DNA of 64,000 nucleotides, from assembly GCA_965240465.1 (NCBI GenBank), contig OZ251219.1:1408001-1472000 (forward strand). The letters run 5' to 3'. A program made the translations under genes and the position numbers. Of this stretch, positions 48,739 through 58,496 are shown one piece after another. Under the pieces are notes generated by a model. The model was not told where the DNA came from, made no database searches, and saw only the letters and a list, made by a program, of their open reading frames with translations. This DNA is from a bacterium. Lineage in GTDB: Bacteria; SAR324; JACQKK01. Position 1 is the first letter of the stretch, and each line of letters opens with the position of its first letter.

Positions 48739-49764
48739 ATGAATCAATACCGTACCTTAGTGATTCTGGATGAAATCATTAACCACTACGCTTCCCATCA
48801 AGAAGCTCTTAGTGCCCGCCTACTAGCAAGAAATTCCCAACTTTCACTTTCACCCACAACCATTCGCAACTTGATGGACGACCTCAGTCAACAAGGGTTA
48901 CTTACCACAGAGGGAGTATCCCGAGGACGTATTCCAACTCCAAAGGCCTATACGGTATATCTGCACAGATTACAGCAACAGCCAGATACCGCTACCGAAA
49001 TTCCTCCATTAGATGAACTAAAGGGTAAACAACTGAAACAAGCCCTGGATCAAGCTGGTGAATTCTTGGCCAAAGAAAGCAATTTCACTGTCTTTGCCTG
49101 GCTGCCACCTCGCAATGAGGATCCCCTTGATTGGGTACGTTTGTTTGCAATTGAAAATAATCAAGTACTGGTGGTAACCCGCACCCTGTTCGGGGAACTC
49201 TGGTGCAAAGTACTCACCAGTTCAGATCCTTTTCCACAATCCTTGCTGGATGAAGTCCAGCAATATATCAATAGTAACTATCATAAACAGTCACTGAGTA
49301 ACATCCGCCAAGATGTAATGGTCGGAAAACCGCAAGCAGTTCTAGCTAATATGCCCTCAATCGGCTCCGCGTTTCGCCTCCTTAGAAGAGCTTTTGAATG
49401 GGATGATGCCCCTCGCCCTTACTATTGGGGTAAGAAAACCATCTACCGCTGGCTAAAATTTGAAAATATTCAGCAAATTAAGCAGATAGAAAAGTACTTT
49501 CAAGATCCTCAACCACTACTGGAAGTCCTAAAACAGGGTCATTCTATCACGCACTCCGCTAACCCAAAAAATGAACTCAAGGTAGCCATCGGTAGCGATC
49601 TCCCACACTTCAGCAGTATCTCCATTACCGGCTGTAGCGTCCAATTAAACCAATGGCAAGCTTGGATTGCACTCCTAGGACCCATTTGGATGAATTACCA
49701 ACAAATGATTGCCCTCACCCATCAAACAACCCAACAATTCAACCAATGGCTTGGCAGCCTGTAG
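48739..49764 (+). CDS. hrcA: Heat-inducible transcription repressor HrcA-like protein, divergent
   Basis: LSPTTIRNLMDDL...GLL...SRGRIPT.KAY at the N-terminus; LLGPIWMNY near the C-terminus. Confidence 0.75.
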   Translation: MNQYRTLVILDEIINHYASHQEALSARLLARNSQLSLSPTTIRNLMDDLSQQGLLTTEGVSRGRIPTPKAYTVYLHRLQQQPDTATEIPPLDELKGKQLKQALDQAGEFLAKESNFTVFAWLPPRNEDPLDWVRLFAIENNQVLVVTRTLFGELWCKVLTSSDPFPQSLLDEVQQYINSNYHKQSLSNIRQDVMVGKPQAVLANMPSIGSAFRLLRRAFEWDDAPRPYYWGKKTIYRWLKFENIQQIKQIEKYFQDPQPLLEVLKQGHSITHSANPKNELKVAIGSDLPHFSSISITGCSVQLNQWQAWIALLGPIWMNYQQMIALTHQTTQQFNQWLGSL

Positions 49765-49824
49765 ATGTATTTATCTCTGATATGTACTCTGATATTTAAT
49801 AGAGTTAAGTATAAGTGATAAGAA

Positions 49825-50811
49825 TCAAGTTCTTAGTATGGCACGGTAACATGCTTCGGCTAGTAGGGTGTCTTTTTCGACGGCTGTCAGAAGACTCTGG
49901 ATATAACGCTCACACTCTTCTTCTTGTTGCAAGAGGGAATTGCATATCAACAGTAGGTGACAGCCTGCCTTGATGGCTTTCTGACAAGCAATCTCCGTAC
50001 TGCAGTATTGCTGGATGGCCTGCATTTGGAGATCATCAGAGATTAGCCAAGCTTTTGGGGCTACTGTCAAAAGAGCCTCAATTGCGGTGGGATTTAGAGA
50101 AACTGGTAACTTCCCCCACTGCGGGGCAATTGCATGCGATAACAATACCGCCCCCCCAGGTATTTTTGGTACCAACTCTGCAAATAAACCAAGAGGCTCA
50201 GTAGCAAGCGAGTTTGACAGCAGACATCCCCCTTGGTGAGTATCGGTAGTGGCTGCTCCCAAACCTGGATAGTGCTTGAGGCATAGGCCTACCCCCCATC
50301 TACTAGCAGCCTTCGCATGACGAAGTGCGTACCCGGCAACCTCCTCGGTTTCAGCATGATAAGCTCGCCCGCGCCTAACAATAGGAGCATCTGGACGCAG
50401 CTCGCAATCAATCACGGGTGCTAAATTCATCCCAATGCCAAATTCTGCCATCTCTTGATAACTCTCATCTAATAATTTTTGCTGCTCAGTAAGGGGTAAG
50501 CTTGCCATCTGTTTGGCAGATGGTAAGTGTGTAAAACCCAATTCCTCCCTTAAACGACACACCTCTCCGCCCTCCTGATCTATCAGGACTAGGGGTTTAG
50601 ATGGCAAGCTAGCGATATCCTCACACAATTCAATAAGCTGTTTCTTACTTATTATGTTGCGTTTTTTTCCAGATAAGTGCTTGTCAAATAATATTACCGC
50701 TCCCAACCCCCATTGTTCGGTGAATTTTCGTAACCATGCAGGCACAGAAAGTCCATCAAAGCCTAGTCCAAACAACTTTCCCACCCTATTTGAAACAATT
50801 TCAGTAAACAT
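49825..50811 (-). CDS. Glycoside hydrolase family 3, NagZ-like beta-N-acetylhexosaminidase
   Basis: IDQEGGEV.RL, NLAPVID, KHYPGLG...DTH, SDDLQM. Confidence 0.85.
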   Translation of the reverse strand: MFTEIVSNRVGKLFGLGFDGLSVPAWLRKFTEQWGLGAVILFDKHLSGKKRNIISKKQLIELCEDIASLPSKPLVLIDQEGGEVCRLREELGFTHLPSAKQMASLPLTEQQKLLDESYQEMAEFGIGMNLAPVIDCELRPDAPIVRRGRAYHAETEEVAGYALRHAKAASRWGVGLCLKHYPGLGAATTDTHQGGCLLSNSLATEPLGLFAELVPKIPGGAVLLSHAIAPQWGKLPVSLNPTAIEALLTVAPKAWLISDDLQMQAIQQYCSTEIACQKAIKAGCHLLLICNSLLQQEEECERYIQSLLTAVEKDTLLAEACYRAILRT

Positions 50812-50976
50812 ATTAATTCCAAAAAATCTATCTATGAGGATAGTAACAAAGGCGAGAGTGCTTGAAACACCGCTTTCTAAGTGAGCAGGCAATACCCATG
50901 TCTTAATCCAATATAAAGATTACACAAGAGGTTGTAAAAAGTACTTAATTTTAGCACTAATTACCTGACATTTTTC

Positions 50977-51005
50977 TTGACTACTCTAAAGCTAGCACCT
51001 AGACT
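50977..51005 (+). promoter_or_regulatory. Sigma70-type promoter in front of the structured RNA
   Basis: TTGACT-N17-TAGACT. Confidence 0.55.
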
Positions 51006-51006
51006 C

Positions 51007-51078
51007 GGGGAGTGATTTGTCCCCCGGGAGGCAAGTCCTGCGGAACGCCACCCTCCTGTTCTGCGGGTTTGTTCCCCT
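51007..51078 (+). ncRNA. Candidate structured small RNA or leader element (family not recognised)
   Basis: GC-rich island in AT-rich intergenic DNA. Hairpins GGGGA/TCCCC and CCTGCGGAAC/GTTCTGCGGG, the latter with loop GCCACCCTCCT. Several G-U pairs work only on the + strand. Confidence 0.55.
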
Positions 51079-51120
51079 AAAAAGAGCTTGTAGGATCACT
51101 CTTATAGGCTCTTTCTTTTT
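51079..51120 (+). terminator. Rho-independent terminator (possibly bidirectional)
   Basis: 15-bp stem AAAGAGCTTGTAGGA/TCTTATAGGCTCTTT with loop TCAC, running into a T-tract. Confidence 0.8.
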
Positions 51121-51359
51121 GAATTGAATTTGCCTAAGTAAAATTGCGTTACGCTGAGTAAGTGAAGATTTTAGGGTTGTTGTTCTGTTACAACAAAATA
51201 GGACGGTTTGTACCGCTGTTCGGTAATGATTAAGAAATTTGGTGGCTGTGATGGTAAAAATTGGGTATCATCTTCTCGGTTGTCAGTTTTGGTAATGTTA
51301 CCGGTTTTTAGGCACTGTTTTTAGATGCCATTTTTTAAGTCTTAATTTTGGAGGTTTGT

Positions 51360-54068
51360 ATGCCTGGTTCCCGATGGATTATTATTGGATTTGCAGTTTT
51401 TTTACTGTTCTCATTTTTGAGTGATGGCATTTTGAATGTGTTGACCGATTGGTTGTGGTTTGGTGAAAGGGGTTATCAGGCATTATTTTATAAAACTATA
51501 TTATTGCAGTGGGGCATCGGGCTGACGGCAGGGGTACTAAGTTTCGCCTTTTTGTTTTTCAACTATCGTTATGCCTTACGTCAACTAGGTGATCCCAAGG
51601 AGCTATTACCTGATGAATTGAAGGGAACTCCATTTGCTAAGCTATTTCAGCGGAAGGTGGGTTATCGGATTATTTTTGTATCATGTATATCATTGGCAGC
51701 ATTATATGCTCTGGCAGTGGGCAGTAATTGGCACCATCTGATGTTGGCTTTGAATGGCCAACCCTTTATGGAGCAAGATCCTGTGTTCCAGAATGATGTG
51801 AGCTTTTATTTGTTCAGGTTGCCATTTTATTTTCAGCTACATGGCATATTTTGGTCTTTGATTTTACTGGCATTACTAGGGAGTGGGTTCTTTTATGTGC
51901 TTAAATTGCAGGGTACGCGCGTCAAAAATGGATCTGCGCCTGATACTCAATTCGCTAGCCATGCACGGCTACATTTGGCACTACTGACTACTTTATTGCT
52001 GATTGCGATGGCAATAGGTACTTATTTAAGCCGTTATGCCTTGCTGTATCGGGCAGGGGGTTTGTTCACTGGGCCTGGCTATGCTGACATCAACGGTACC
52101 TTGCCCTTGTTGGCACTGAAGACCATTGTAGTGTTATTGGTGGCGGGGATAGTATTTCATGCCTTGCGGAGTGGTTTATTTAAATTATTGGGGATTGGCC
52201 TTGCAGGATTGCTGATGTTTTGGGTGGGAGGATCCATTTATGTCAACTTGTTACAGCGATTTGTGGTAGCACCCAACGAGCTAGAAAAAGAGCGTCTGTA
52301 TTTGAAGCATCACATTACCGCCACCAACAAAGCATTTTTGCTGGATGAAGTGGAAGAACGCACGCTGGATGATGATTCGCGGCTGACAGCAAGTGACATG
52401 ATAGCCAATAGAGGAACGGTGAATAACATTCGCTTATGGGACCACGAGCCATTACTGGAAACATTTGCCCAGATTCAAGAAATTCGCACCTACTACGATT
52501 TTGTTTCCGTAGATAACGACCGTTACCGCATAAATGGCGAGCTTCGTCAGATAATGTTGTCGCCACGGGAGTTGAATCCTCAATCTTTACCCAGCAAAAC
52601 CTGGATTAATGAGCGTCTGACCTTTACTCATGGATATGGTTTAACAGCAGGGCCAGTTAATCGGGTGAGCGCAGAGGGATTGCCAGTGTTATTTGTGAAG
52701 GATTTACCTCCAAAAAGCGAAATCTCTAATTTTCAGGTAGATACCCCGGGTATTTACTATGGTGAGTTATCTGGTCAAAACGACTATGTGTTTGTCAACA
52801 CGCGCCAGCAGGAATTTGATTATCCCCAAGGAGATGCCAATGTTTTTAGTGAGTACAAAGGCAAAGGAGGAGTCCCCCTTGATAATTTCCTCAAGCGGCT
52901 ACTGTTTTCCTTGTATTTGAAAGACCTCAAGATGCTACTATCCGATGATTTTACCCCTCAGACGCGGGTTATTTTGCATCGGAATATCATTCAGCGTCTG
53001 AAGAGATTGGCACCTTTTTTCTCCTACGATTCGGATCCTTACCTGGTGGTAGCAGATGGAAATCTGGTTTGGATGGTGGATGCCTATGTAATTTCCAATC
53101 GTTACCCATATTCTGAGCATGTGACGGGAGTAGGCAACTACTTGCGTAACCCAGTTAAAGTGCTGGTAGATGCCAGCGATGGGACTGTAGATTTTTATGC
53201 CGTTCAGCCCGATGAACCCATTTCCGCTAGCTTTGGAAAAATATTCCCCGGTCTTCTCAAGCCGATAGAGCAGATGCCCAGCATTATTCGTCAGCATATA
53301 CGTCATCCACAGGAGTTATTTTACATTCAAGTTTCCCTATTCACTACCTATCACATGCTTGATGTGAATACTTTCTATAACAAGGAAGACAAATGGTCTA
53401 TACCAGTGGTAGAGCAAAAAAGAATGGAGCCCTACTACACAGTCATGAAATTGCCCGGCGAAACAGAAGAAGAGTTTATCCTAATGCTTCCCCTTACTCC
53501 ACACCTGAAAGATAACATGGCTGCTTGGGTGGCTGCCCGTAGCGATGGCAAAAATTATGGGAAACTGGTTGTATATCGCTTCCCAAAACAAAAGCTGGTG
53601 TTTGGTCCTAAGCAAATGGTGGCACGTATAAATCAAAACCCCCTTGTATCTCAGCAGATTACACTTTGGGACCAAAGTGGTTCCAATGTGATCCGTGGCA
53701 CCTTGCTAGTAATACCAATTGAAAACGCTCTTATTTACGTTCAACCCCTATATTTACGGGCCGAGGATGGACGTATACCAGAGCTAAAACGGGTGGTGGT
53801 AGGCTACCAAAATGAAATCGCCATGGGGCTAGACTTGGAAGATGCCCTCGGACAAATTTTCTCTGCCAACATTCTCACAAATGATAATCTTGACTTGCCT
53901 TCATCAGTAGTAAAATCTTCACAAGATGATAAAATTAAAGAATTATCTAACCGTGCTATGAATCAGTACAACGCCGTCAATGATGCTGCCCGTAATAATA
54001 ATTGGAGTCGCTTCGGCAATGAATTGAAGTCCCTAGGGCAAACACTGCGCAATTTGGTGCAACAATAA
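51360..54068 (+). CDS. UPF0182 family membrane protein
   Basis: GGAGG RBS; DWLWF, DPVFQNDVSFYLF, NIRLWD, FTHGYG, IYYGE, IYVQPLY. Confidence 0.93.
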   Translation: MPGSRWIIIGFAVFLLFSFLSDGILNVLTDWLWFGERGYQALFYKTILLQWGIGLTAGVLSFAFLFFNYRYALRQLGDPKELLPDELKGTPFAKLFQRKVGYRIIFVSCISLAALYALAVGSNWHHLMLALNGQPFMEQDPVFQNDVSFYLFRLPFYFQLHGIFWSLILLALLGSGFFYVLKLQGTRVKNGSAPDTQFASHARLHLALLTTLLLIAMAIGTYLSRYALLYRAGGLFTGPGYADINGTLPLLALKTIVVLLVAGIVFHALRSGLFKLLGIGLAGLLMFWVGGSIYVNLLQRFVVAPNELEKERLYLKHHITATNKAFLLDEVEERTLDDDSRLTASDMIANRGTVNNIRLWDHEPLLETFAQIQEIRTYYDFVSVDNDRYRINGELRQIMLSPRELNPQSLPSKTWINERLTFTHGYGLTAGPVNRVSAEGLPVLFVKDLPPKSEISNFQVDTPGIYYGELSGQNDYVFVNTRQQEFDYPQGDANVFSEYKGKGGVPLDNFLKRLLFSLYLKDLKMLLSDDFTPQTRVILHRNIIQRLKRLAPFFSYDSDPYLVVADGNLVWMVDAYVISNRYPYSEHVTGVGNYLRNPVKVLVDASDGTVDFYAVQPDEPISASFGKIFPGLLKPIEQMPSIIRQHIRHPQELFYIQVSLFTTYHMLDVNTFYNKEDKWSIPVVEQKRMEPYYTVMKLPGETEEEFILMLPLTPHLKDNMAAWVAARSDGKNYGKLVVYRFPKQKLVFGPKQMVARINQNPLVSQQITLWDQSGSNVIRGTLLVIPIENALIYVQPLYLRAEDGRIPELKRVVVGYQNEIAMGLDLEDALGQIFSANILTNDNLDLPSSVVKSSQDDKIKELSNRAMNQYNAVNDAARNNNWSRFGNELKSLGQTLRNLVQQ

Positions 54069-54077
54069 TGAGCATCC

Positions 54078-54524
54078 ATGAATGCCAATACCAGTTCCAG
54101 CACTGTTGAAGGATTGCATCAAGTCCTTGCAGATAGTTACAAGCTTGCTCTGAATACTCAAGTATGCCACTGGAACGTGACAGGGCCTTCTTTTTCTTCT
54201 CTGCATACCCTGTTTGAAATTCAATATAATCGGATATCTGAAGCAATTGATGACCTAGCTGAGCGTATTCGTGCCCTGGGAGTGTTCGTCAATGCCTCAC
54301 TAAATCAATTTGACTGTCTCAGCACACTACCTGCCATGACTGCCGATATCCCAGCACGCCTAATGCTGGAACGCCTGCAGGCTGATCATCAAATGGTACT
54401 TAAAAGCCTAAGGAAAGTCCTGCAAATAGCCATCACTACTGAAGATCATGCTACCGAAGACCTCCTCATCCAACGCATCAGCTGGCACGAAAAAGCTATC
54501 TGGATGTTGGAAGCTAGTTCTTAA
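54078..54524 (+). CDS. dps: Dps family DNA-protecting ferritin-like protein
   Basis: HWNVTGPSF.SLH.LFE.QY, DDLAERIRALG, HEKAIWML. Confidence 0.95.
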   Translation: MNANTSSSTVEGLHQVLADSYKLALNTQVCHWNVTGPSFSSLHTLFEIQYNRISEAIDDLAERIRALGVFVNASLNQFDCLSTLPAMTADIPARLMLERLQADHQMVLKSLRKVLQIAITTEDHATEDLLIQRISWHEKAIWMLEASS

Positions 54525-54571
54525 AATAAATTATTACTGCATGAAGGCAGGGTAAGACCTCTACATAGCCT

Positions 54572-55297
54572 TCATTTTTCTCTTTTTACCTGATTCCAAA
54601 CCACAGCCAAACGATTACAAATCTCAGCCGGGTCTGGGGATGTGGTGATTGGTCTGCCTACTACTAGCCAGTCGGCTCCAGCCTGCCATGCATACGCTGG
54701 AGTGGCTCTTCGCTGTTGATCATCCGAGCAAATTGATCCGTCATCAAAGCGGATCCCAGGTACTATACGCTGCAATTGGTGATGAGGGTCAACCTCATTT
54801 ATCAATGGGAGCTCTGTTGCAGCACACACGATGCCCGCCAAACCGTTATCAAGAGATTCTAAAGCTAAACGCTGCACCACTTCTTTAATGGAGGCACCAT
54901 ACAACTGCTGAACCGCGGCATTGTCCAACGAGGTCAAAATACTTACTCCTATCAGCATGGGATTTGATTTGTCAGTAGTGGAGAAACTGGTAGCAGCTAT
55001 GGTTGCCGCTTTTAGCATGTTTGCTCCTCCGCTAATGTGTAGGGTAATCATGTCAGTCCCTGCTTCCGTCAACACCCGCACTTGATTAGCTACAGTGTTA
55101 GGGATGTCATGCAACTTGGCGTCGCAAAATACTCTCCCATAATGTCTCAGACGAAACACCAACTGTACATCAGCACGCAATAGTAAATCGTTAATTTTGA
55201 ATCCCCACACTAACCCCTCTAAGCGGCGTGCTAAGGAGATAGCCTGCGTTTCATTCATGCCATCCAAGGCAACCACAACAGGAGGTAAATTAGTCAT
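54572..55297 (-). CDS. pyrF: Orotidine-5'-phosphate decarboxylase
   Basis: VALD, DAKLHDIPNT, VPGIR, DDQQR, VVGRPIT. Confidence 0.95.
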   Translation of the reverse strand: MTNLPPVVVALDGMNETQAISLARRLEGLVWGFKINDLLLRADVQLVFRLRHYGRVFCDAKLHDIPNTVANQVRVLTEAGTDMITLHISGGANMLKAATIAATSFSTTDKSNPMLIGVSILTSLDNAAVQQLYGASIKEVVQRLALESLDNGLAGIVCAATELPLINEVDPHHQLQRIVPGIRFDDGSICSDDQQRRATPAYAWQAGADWLVVGRPITTSPDPAEICNRLAVVWNQVKREK

Positions 55298-55534
55298 TGC
55301 AATCAGTAAAAACCATAAGTATACCAAAATTGCTTCCCGCAACTTGCTCCTAGCATAAAGCTAACCCGTTCTGCTGCCAAGCCTATTACTTATAAATTGT
55401 GTTGCCCAACTCAGATAGCGATGGCTAATATAGGCGTCATTTTACGGGCTAAAAATATCTTATGGACAAACCCAAAATACACTGGAATGATGCAAGTATA
55501 ATTATTTATCAACCCTTTTAAGTTATAATCCATT

Positions 55535-56494
55535 ATGAAGCAGTATAATGTTTTCCCCACCAATTCTGACCAACAGTCGGATTCCCAGCCTAAAGCTCCT
55601 CCTGAGAATGGAAGTCAGCAGAATGTTATGCGTCTGAAGGTTGGTTTGGCAGAAATGCTCAAAGGCGGCGTGATTATGGACGTAGTCACCCCTGATCAAG
55701 CTGAAATAGCTGAAGAGGCAGGTGCTGTCGCCGTAATGGCACTAGAACGCGTGCCTGCCGATATCCGTCGCGAAGGTGGAGTGGCACGCATGAGTGATCC
55801 TAAATTGATTGAGGGCATTATGAGTACAGTCAGCATTCCTGTGATGGCTAAATGTCGTATCGGGCATTTTGCCGAAGCCCAAGTACTTCAGACCATGAAG
55901 GTTGATTACATAGACGAAAGCGAGGTCCTTACACCTGCTGACGACACCTATCACGTAAATAAACACGACTTTACCACTCCTTTTGTGTGCGGTGCTACTA
56001 ATCTGGGAGAGGCTCTAAGGCGGATAGGGGAAGGTGCTGCCCTAATACGTACTAAGGGAGAGGCTGGTACTGGTGATATAGTTCAGGCAGTAAAACACCT
56101 TAGAAGCATTAATCGAGAAATTGCTCTTATAAGTCAGCTGGATGAAATGGAGTTAATGTCTAAAGCTAAGGAGATAGCAGCTCCCTATGAATTGGTGCGT
56201 TATGTTCATCAAAATAAAGCTTTGCCCGTACCTAAATTTACTGCAGGTGGAGTGGCTACCCCTCAGGATGCAGCTCTCCTGATGCAATTAGGTGCTGAGG
56301 CGGTTTTTGTAGGGTCAGGGATTTTTAAGTCAGCTGACCCGGCAGCCCGTGCTTTAGCTATCGTTAAGGCGGTTACATACTATCAAGATTCTGCTAAAGT
56401 GCTGGAAGCTGCCAAAGGATTGGGGACACCTATGAGCGGACTGGCAGCCAATCAACTGGAAGACAAAGAAAAATTGGCTGACCGAGGTTGGTAA
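55535..56494 (+). CDS. pdxS: Pyridoxal 5'-phosphate synthase lyase subunit
   Basis: [38 protein letters not shown]. Confidence 0.98.
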   Translation: MKQYNVFPTNSDQQSDSQPKAPPENGSQQNVMRLKVGLAEMLKGGVIMDVVTPDQAEIAEEAGAVAVMALERVPADIRREGGVARMSDPKLIEGIMSTVSIPVMAKCRIGHFAEAQVLQTMKVDYIDESEVLTPADDTYHVNKHDFTTPFVCGATNLGEALRRIGEGAALIRTKGEAGTGDIVQAVKHLRSINREIALISQLDEMELMSKAKEIAAPYELVRYVHQNKALPVPKFTAGGVATPQDAALLMQLGAEAVFVGSGIFKSADPAARALAIVKAVTYYQDSAKVLEAAKGLGTPMSGLAANQLEDKEKLADRGW

Positions 56495-56496
56495 AG

Positions 56497-57090
56497 ATGC
56501 GTATTGGGATTCTTGCCCTGCAGGGGGCTGTTGTTCCCCATCAGGAAAAACTTGCCTGCCTCGGAGTGAAAAGTCTACTGGTAAAGGAGGCATCTCAATT
56601 GCCTAGCTGTGATGGATTGATTATTCCTGGCGGTGAAAGTAGCACTCTCAATCTGCTTATGAAGGCATTTGGCTTGGAGCAAGCAATATATAACTTTGCA
56701 GAATCCAAGCCAGTCTGGGGTACTTGTGCAGGGGCTATCATAATGTCTGAACATATTCAGGATTCCAGCATCTCGCAAAAAGGGTTGGGAATTGTACCCA
56801 TAAAAATCAAACGCAATGCCTACGGTAGACAAAACGACAGCTTCATTGATTCCCTCACTATTTCACTCCCGCAACAGCAGCCACAAACACAGGAAGCAGT
56901 TTTCATTCGCGCCCCGCAAATCACCGATTACCCTCCTCCATGTCGTGTACTGGCACGTTGCCAAGATATTCCCGTTGCTATTACCTGCCAGCAACATATG
57001 ATTACTACCTTTCACCCAGAACTGGCAGCAGAAAGTTTATTCCATAAATTTTTTGTTTCGGTATGCAAGGGTATGACTTCAGATAATTAA
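56497..57090 (+). CDS. pdxT: PLP synthase glutaminase subunit
   Basis: GILALQG, PGGESS, GTCAG, RNAYGRQ, FIRAP, FHPE. Confidence 0.96.
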   Translation: MRIGILALQGAVVPHQEKLACLGVKSLLVKEASQLPSCDGLIIPGGESSTLNLLMKAFGLEQAIYNFAESKPVWGTCAGAIIMSEHIQDSSISQKGLGIVPIKIKRNAYGRQNDSFIDSLTISLPQQQPQTQEAVFIRAPQITDYPPPCRVLARCQDIPVAITCQQHMITTFHPELAAESLFHKFFVSVCKGMTSDN

Positions 57091-57091
57091 T

Positions 57092-57964
57092 ATGTTTAAT
57101 ATATTCGGGATGGCTAAACAGCGAAAGTTAGAGTGGGCAAAGGCTTGCTGGGATGCTTTGGGTCTAATGGCGATAGGCTGGGTGTTGTTGGGAATGGGAG
57201 TGGGAGTGTGGAGTCTACGGAAATTGCCATTGGAGTCGGTGGAGGTGCTTGGATTGCATCGCTTAAATGCCGATGATGTGTTACGGCATGCAAAGGTGGG
57301 AGGAAATCTTGGTTGGCTGGAGGTGGATGGTCATAAGCTGGCATTACGCTTATTGGGGCATGGCACAATTGCCCGCGTGAATGTATGGAAGCCCTTGGCA
57401 GGACATTTACGGGTGCGGTTGTATGAACGTGAGCCTAATTTTAAGGTAGCCTCAGCAGGGGATTGGCTGGTTCTTGACAGCGAAAGGGTGGTTTTGGCAC
57501 GCGTTGTAATGGATGAGGAGAAGAGAGGTACAGCTAAAGTGCAAGCATTGCCGGGTTTTGAGGGAATTGGTTTTGAGGGGTACAAATTAGATATAGGCTT
57601 ATCTACAGTGGTGGGGGGTGATACTGAAGTACGGCTAGGAAGACCGTTGCAGGATGATGCTACAGAGAGTGGTTTAGCGGTTTTGCAGGTTGCTTGGGAG
57701 GCAGGTTGGCCAGTAAATAAGCCATTATGGGTGAATGCAAAAAAGCCTTATCAAGTTGAGGTTCAAGGACTGGAAGGACAGCGGCTTCGCTTTGAGGCTG
57801 AATACGCTGATGAAGCTTTTAATACATGGCTGCGAGTACTGAGAGTACGTCCCTTGTTGCTAGAGCAAAATACCCTTATGGATATGATCGGTCAGGAACG
57901 GCGATTGAAACAAGGTTTTGTGTTACAGTACGGCTTGCCAGAATATGCTACGGAGCATCCTTAG
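57092..57964 (+). CDS. FtsQ/DivIB-like protein (TM + POTRA), divergent
   Basis: One TM, then LESVEVLGLHRL...LRVRLYEREP...LVLDSE pattern; start may be 57110. Confidence 0.65.
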   Translation: MFNIFGMAKQRKLEWAKACWDALGLMAIGWVLLGMGVGVWSLRKLPLESVEVLGLHRLNADDVLRHAKVGGNLGWLEVDGHKLALRLLGHGTIARVNVWKPLAGHLRVRLYEREPNFKVASAGDWLVLDSERVVLARVVMDEEKRGTAKVQALPGFEGIGFEGYKLDIGLSTVVGGDTEVRLGRPLQDDATESGLAVLQVAWEAGWPVNKPLWVNAKKPYQVEVQGLEGQRLRFEAEYADEAFNTWLRVLRVRPLLLEQNTLMDMIGQERRLKQGFVLQYGLPEYATEHP

Positions 57965-57988
57965 AAGGATTTATTTTAAGGAGCAGTT

Positions 57989-58483
57989 ATGCGTCTGCTA
58001 TTACAAAGATGCGATGGCGTGGAGATTGTAGGCAACATAAAGTATGGTAGCAGATCTGCGGTTAAGCGGGTGAATATCACCGGAGCAAGCTTGTTGGCAT
58101 TGGTGGGCTTTGGCAAAGAGGATGATGCTACCTGCTTAAATCCGATGGCAGTAAAAATGCTTAATTTGCGTTTATTTCCCCTACAGGATGGCTCTGGCAA
58201 GCTAGAGAGAAGTTTGTTGGAAACAGCTAGTGGCTTGGTATTGGTGCCACAATTCACTCTATATGCTGATTGTCGTAAAGGGCGTCGCCCCAGTTTCACT
58301 GACGCATTGCTACCCAAATTAGCCAAGCCTTTGTTTGAGGAATTTATTGCAGTTTGTCAACAGCTGTTAAAAAATCATCATCCATTACGGGAGTCAGCCA
58401 TGACGCACGGCTGGTTTGGTGCCGACATGCGAATTAGCTTAGTGAACAATGGTCCAGTGACCATGATGCTAAAACACCCTTGA
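57989..58483 (+). CDS. dtd: D-aminoacyl-tRNA deacylase
   Basis: MRLLLQR, NLRLF, VPQFTLYAD.RKGRRPSF, FGADM.ISLVNNGPVT. Confidence 0.95.
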   Translation: MRLLLQRCDGVEIVGNIKYGSRSAVKRVNITGASLLALVGFGKEDDATCLNPMAVKMLNLRLFPLQDGSGKLERSLLETASGLVLVPQFTLYADCRKGRRPSFTDALLPKLAKPLFEEFIAVCQQLLKNHHPLRESAMTHGWFGADMRISLVNNGPVTMMLKHP

Positions 58484-58496
58484 TGCTCGTTGATGA

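Noticed and set aside
50951-51018. CIRCE-like sequences (TTAGCACTA half-site; CTAGCACCT-N9-GAGTGATTT)
   Set aside because: Only 6/9 matches per arm in the spaced pair and no chaperone gene downstream; better explained by the promoter and RNA structure.
51007-51078. Identification as SRP RNA, tRNA or yybP-ykoY riboswitch
   Set aside because: Lacks the SRP CAGG...GGAA...AGCA loop, a T-arm GTTCRA, and the yybP GGGGAGTAGC...GAGACC pattern.
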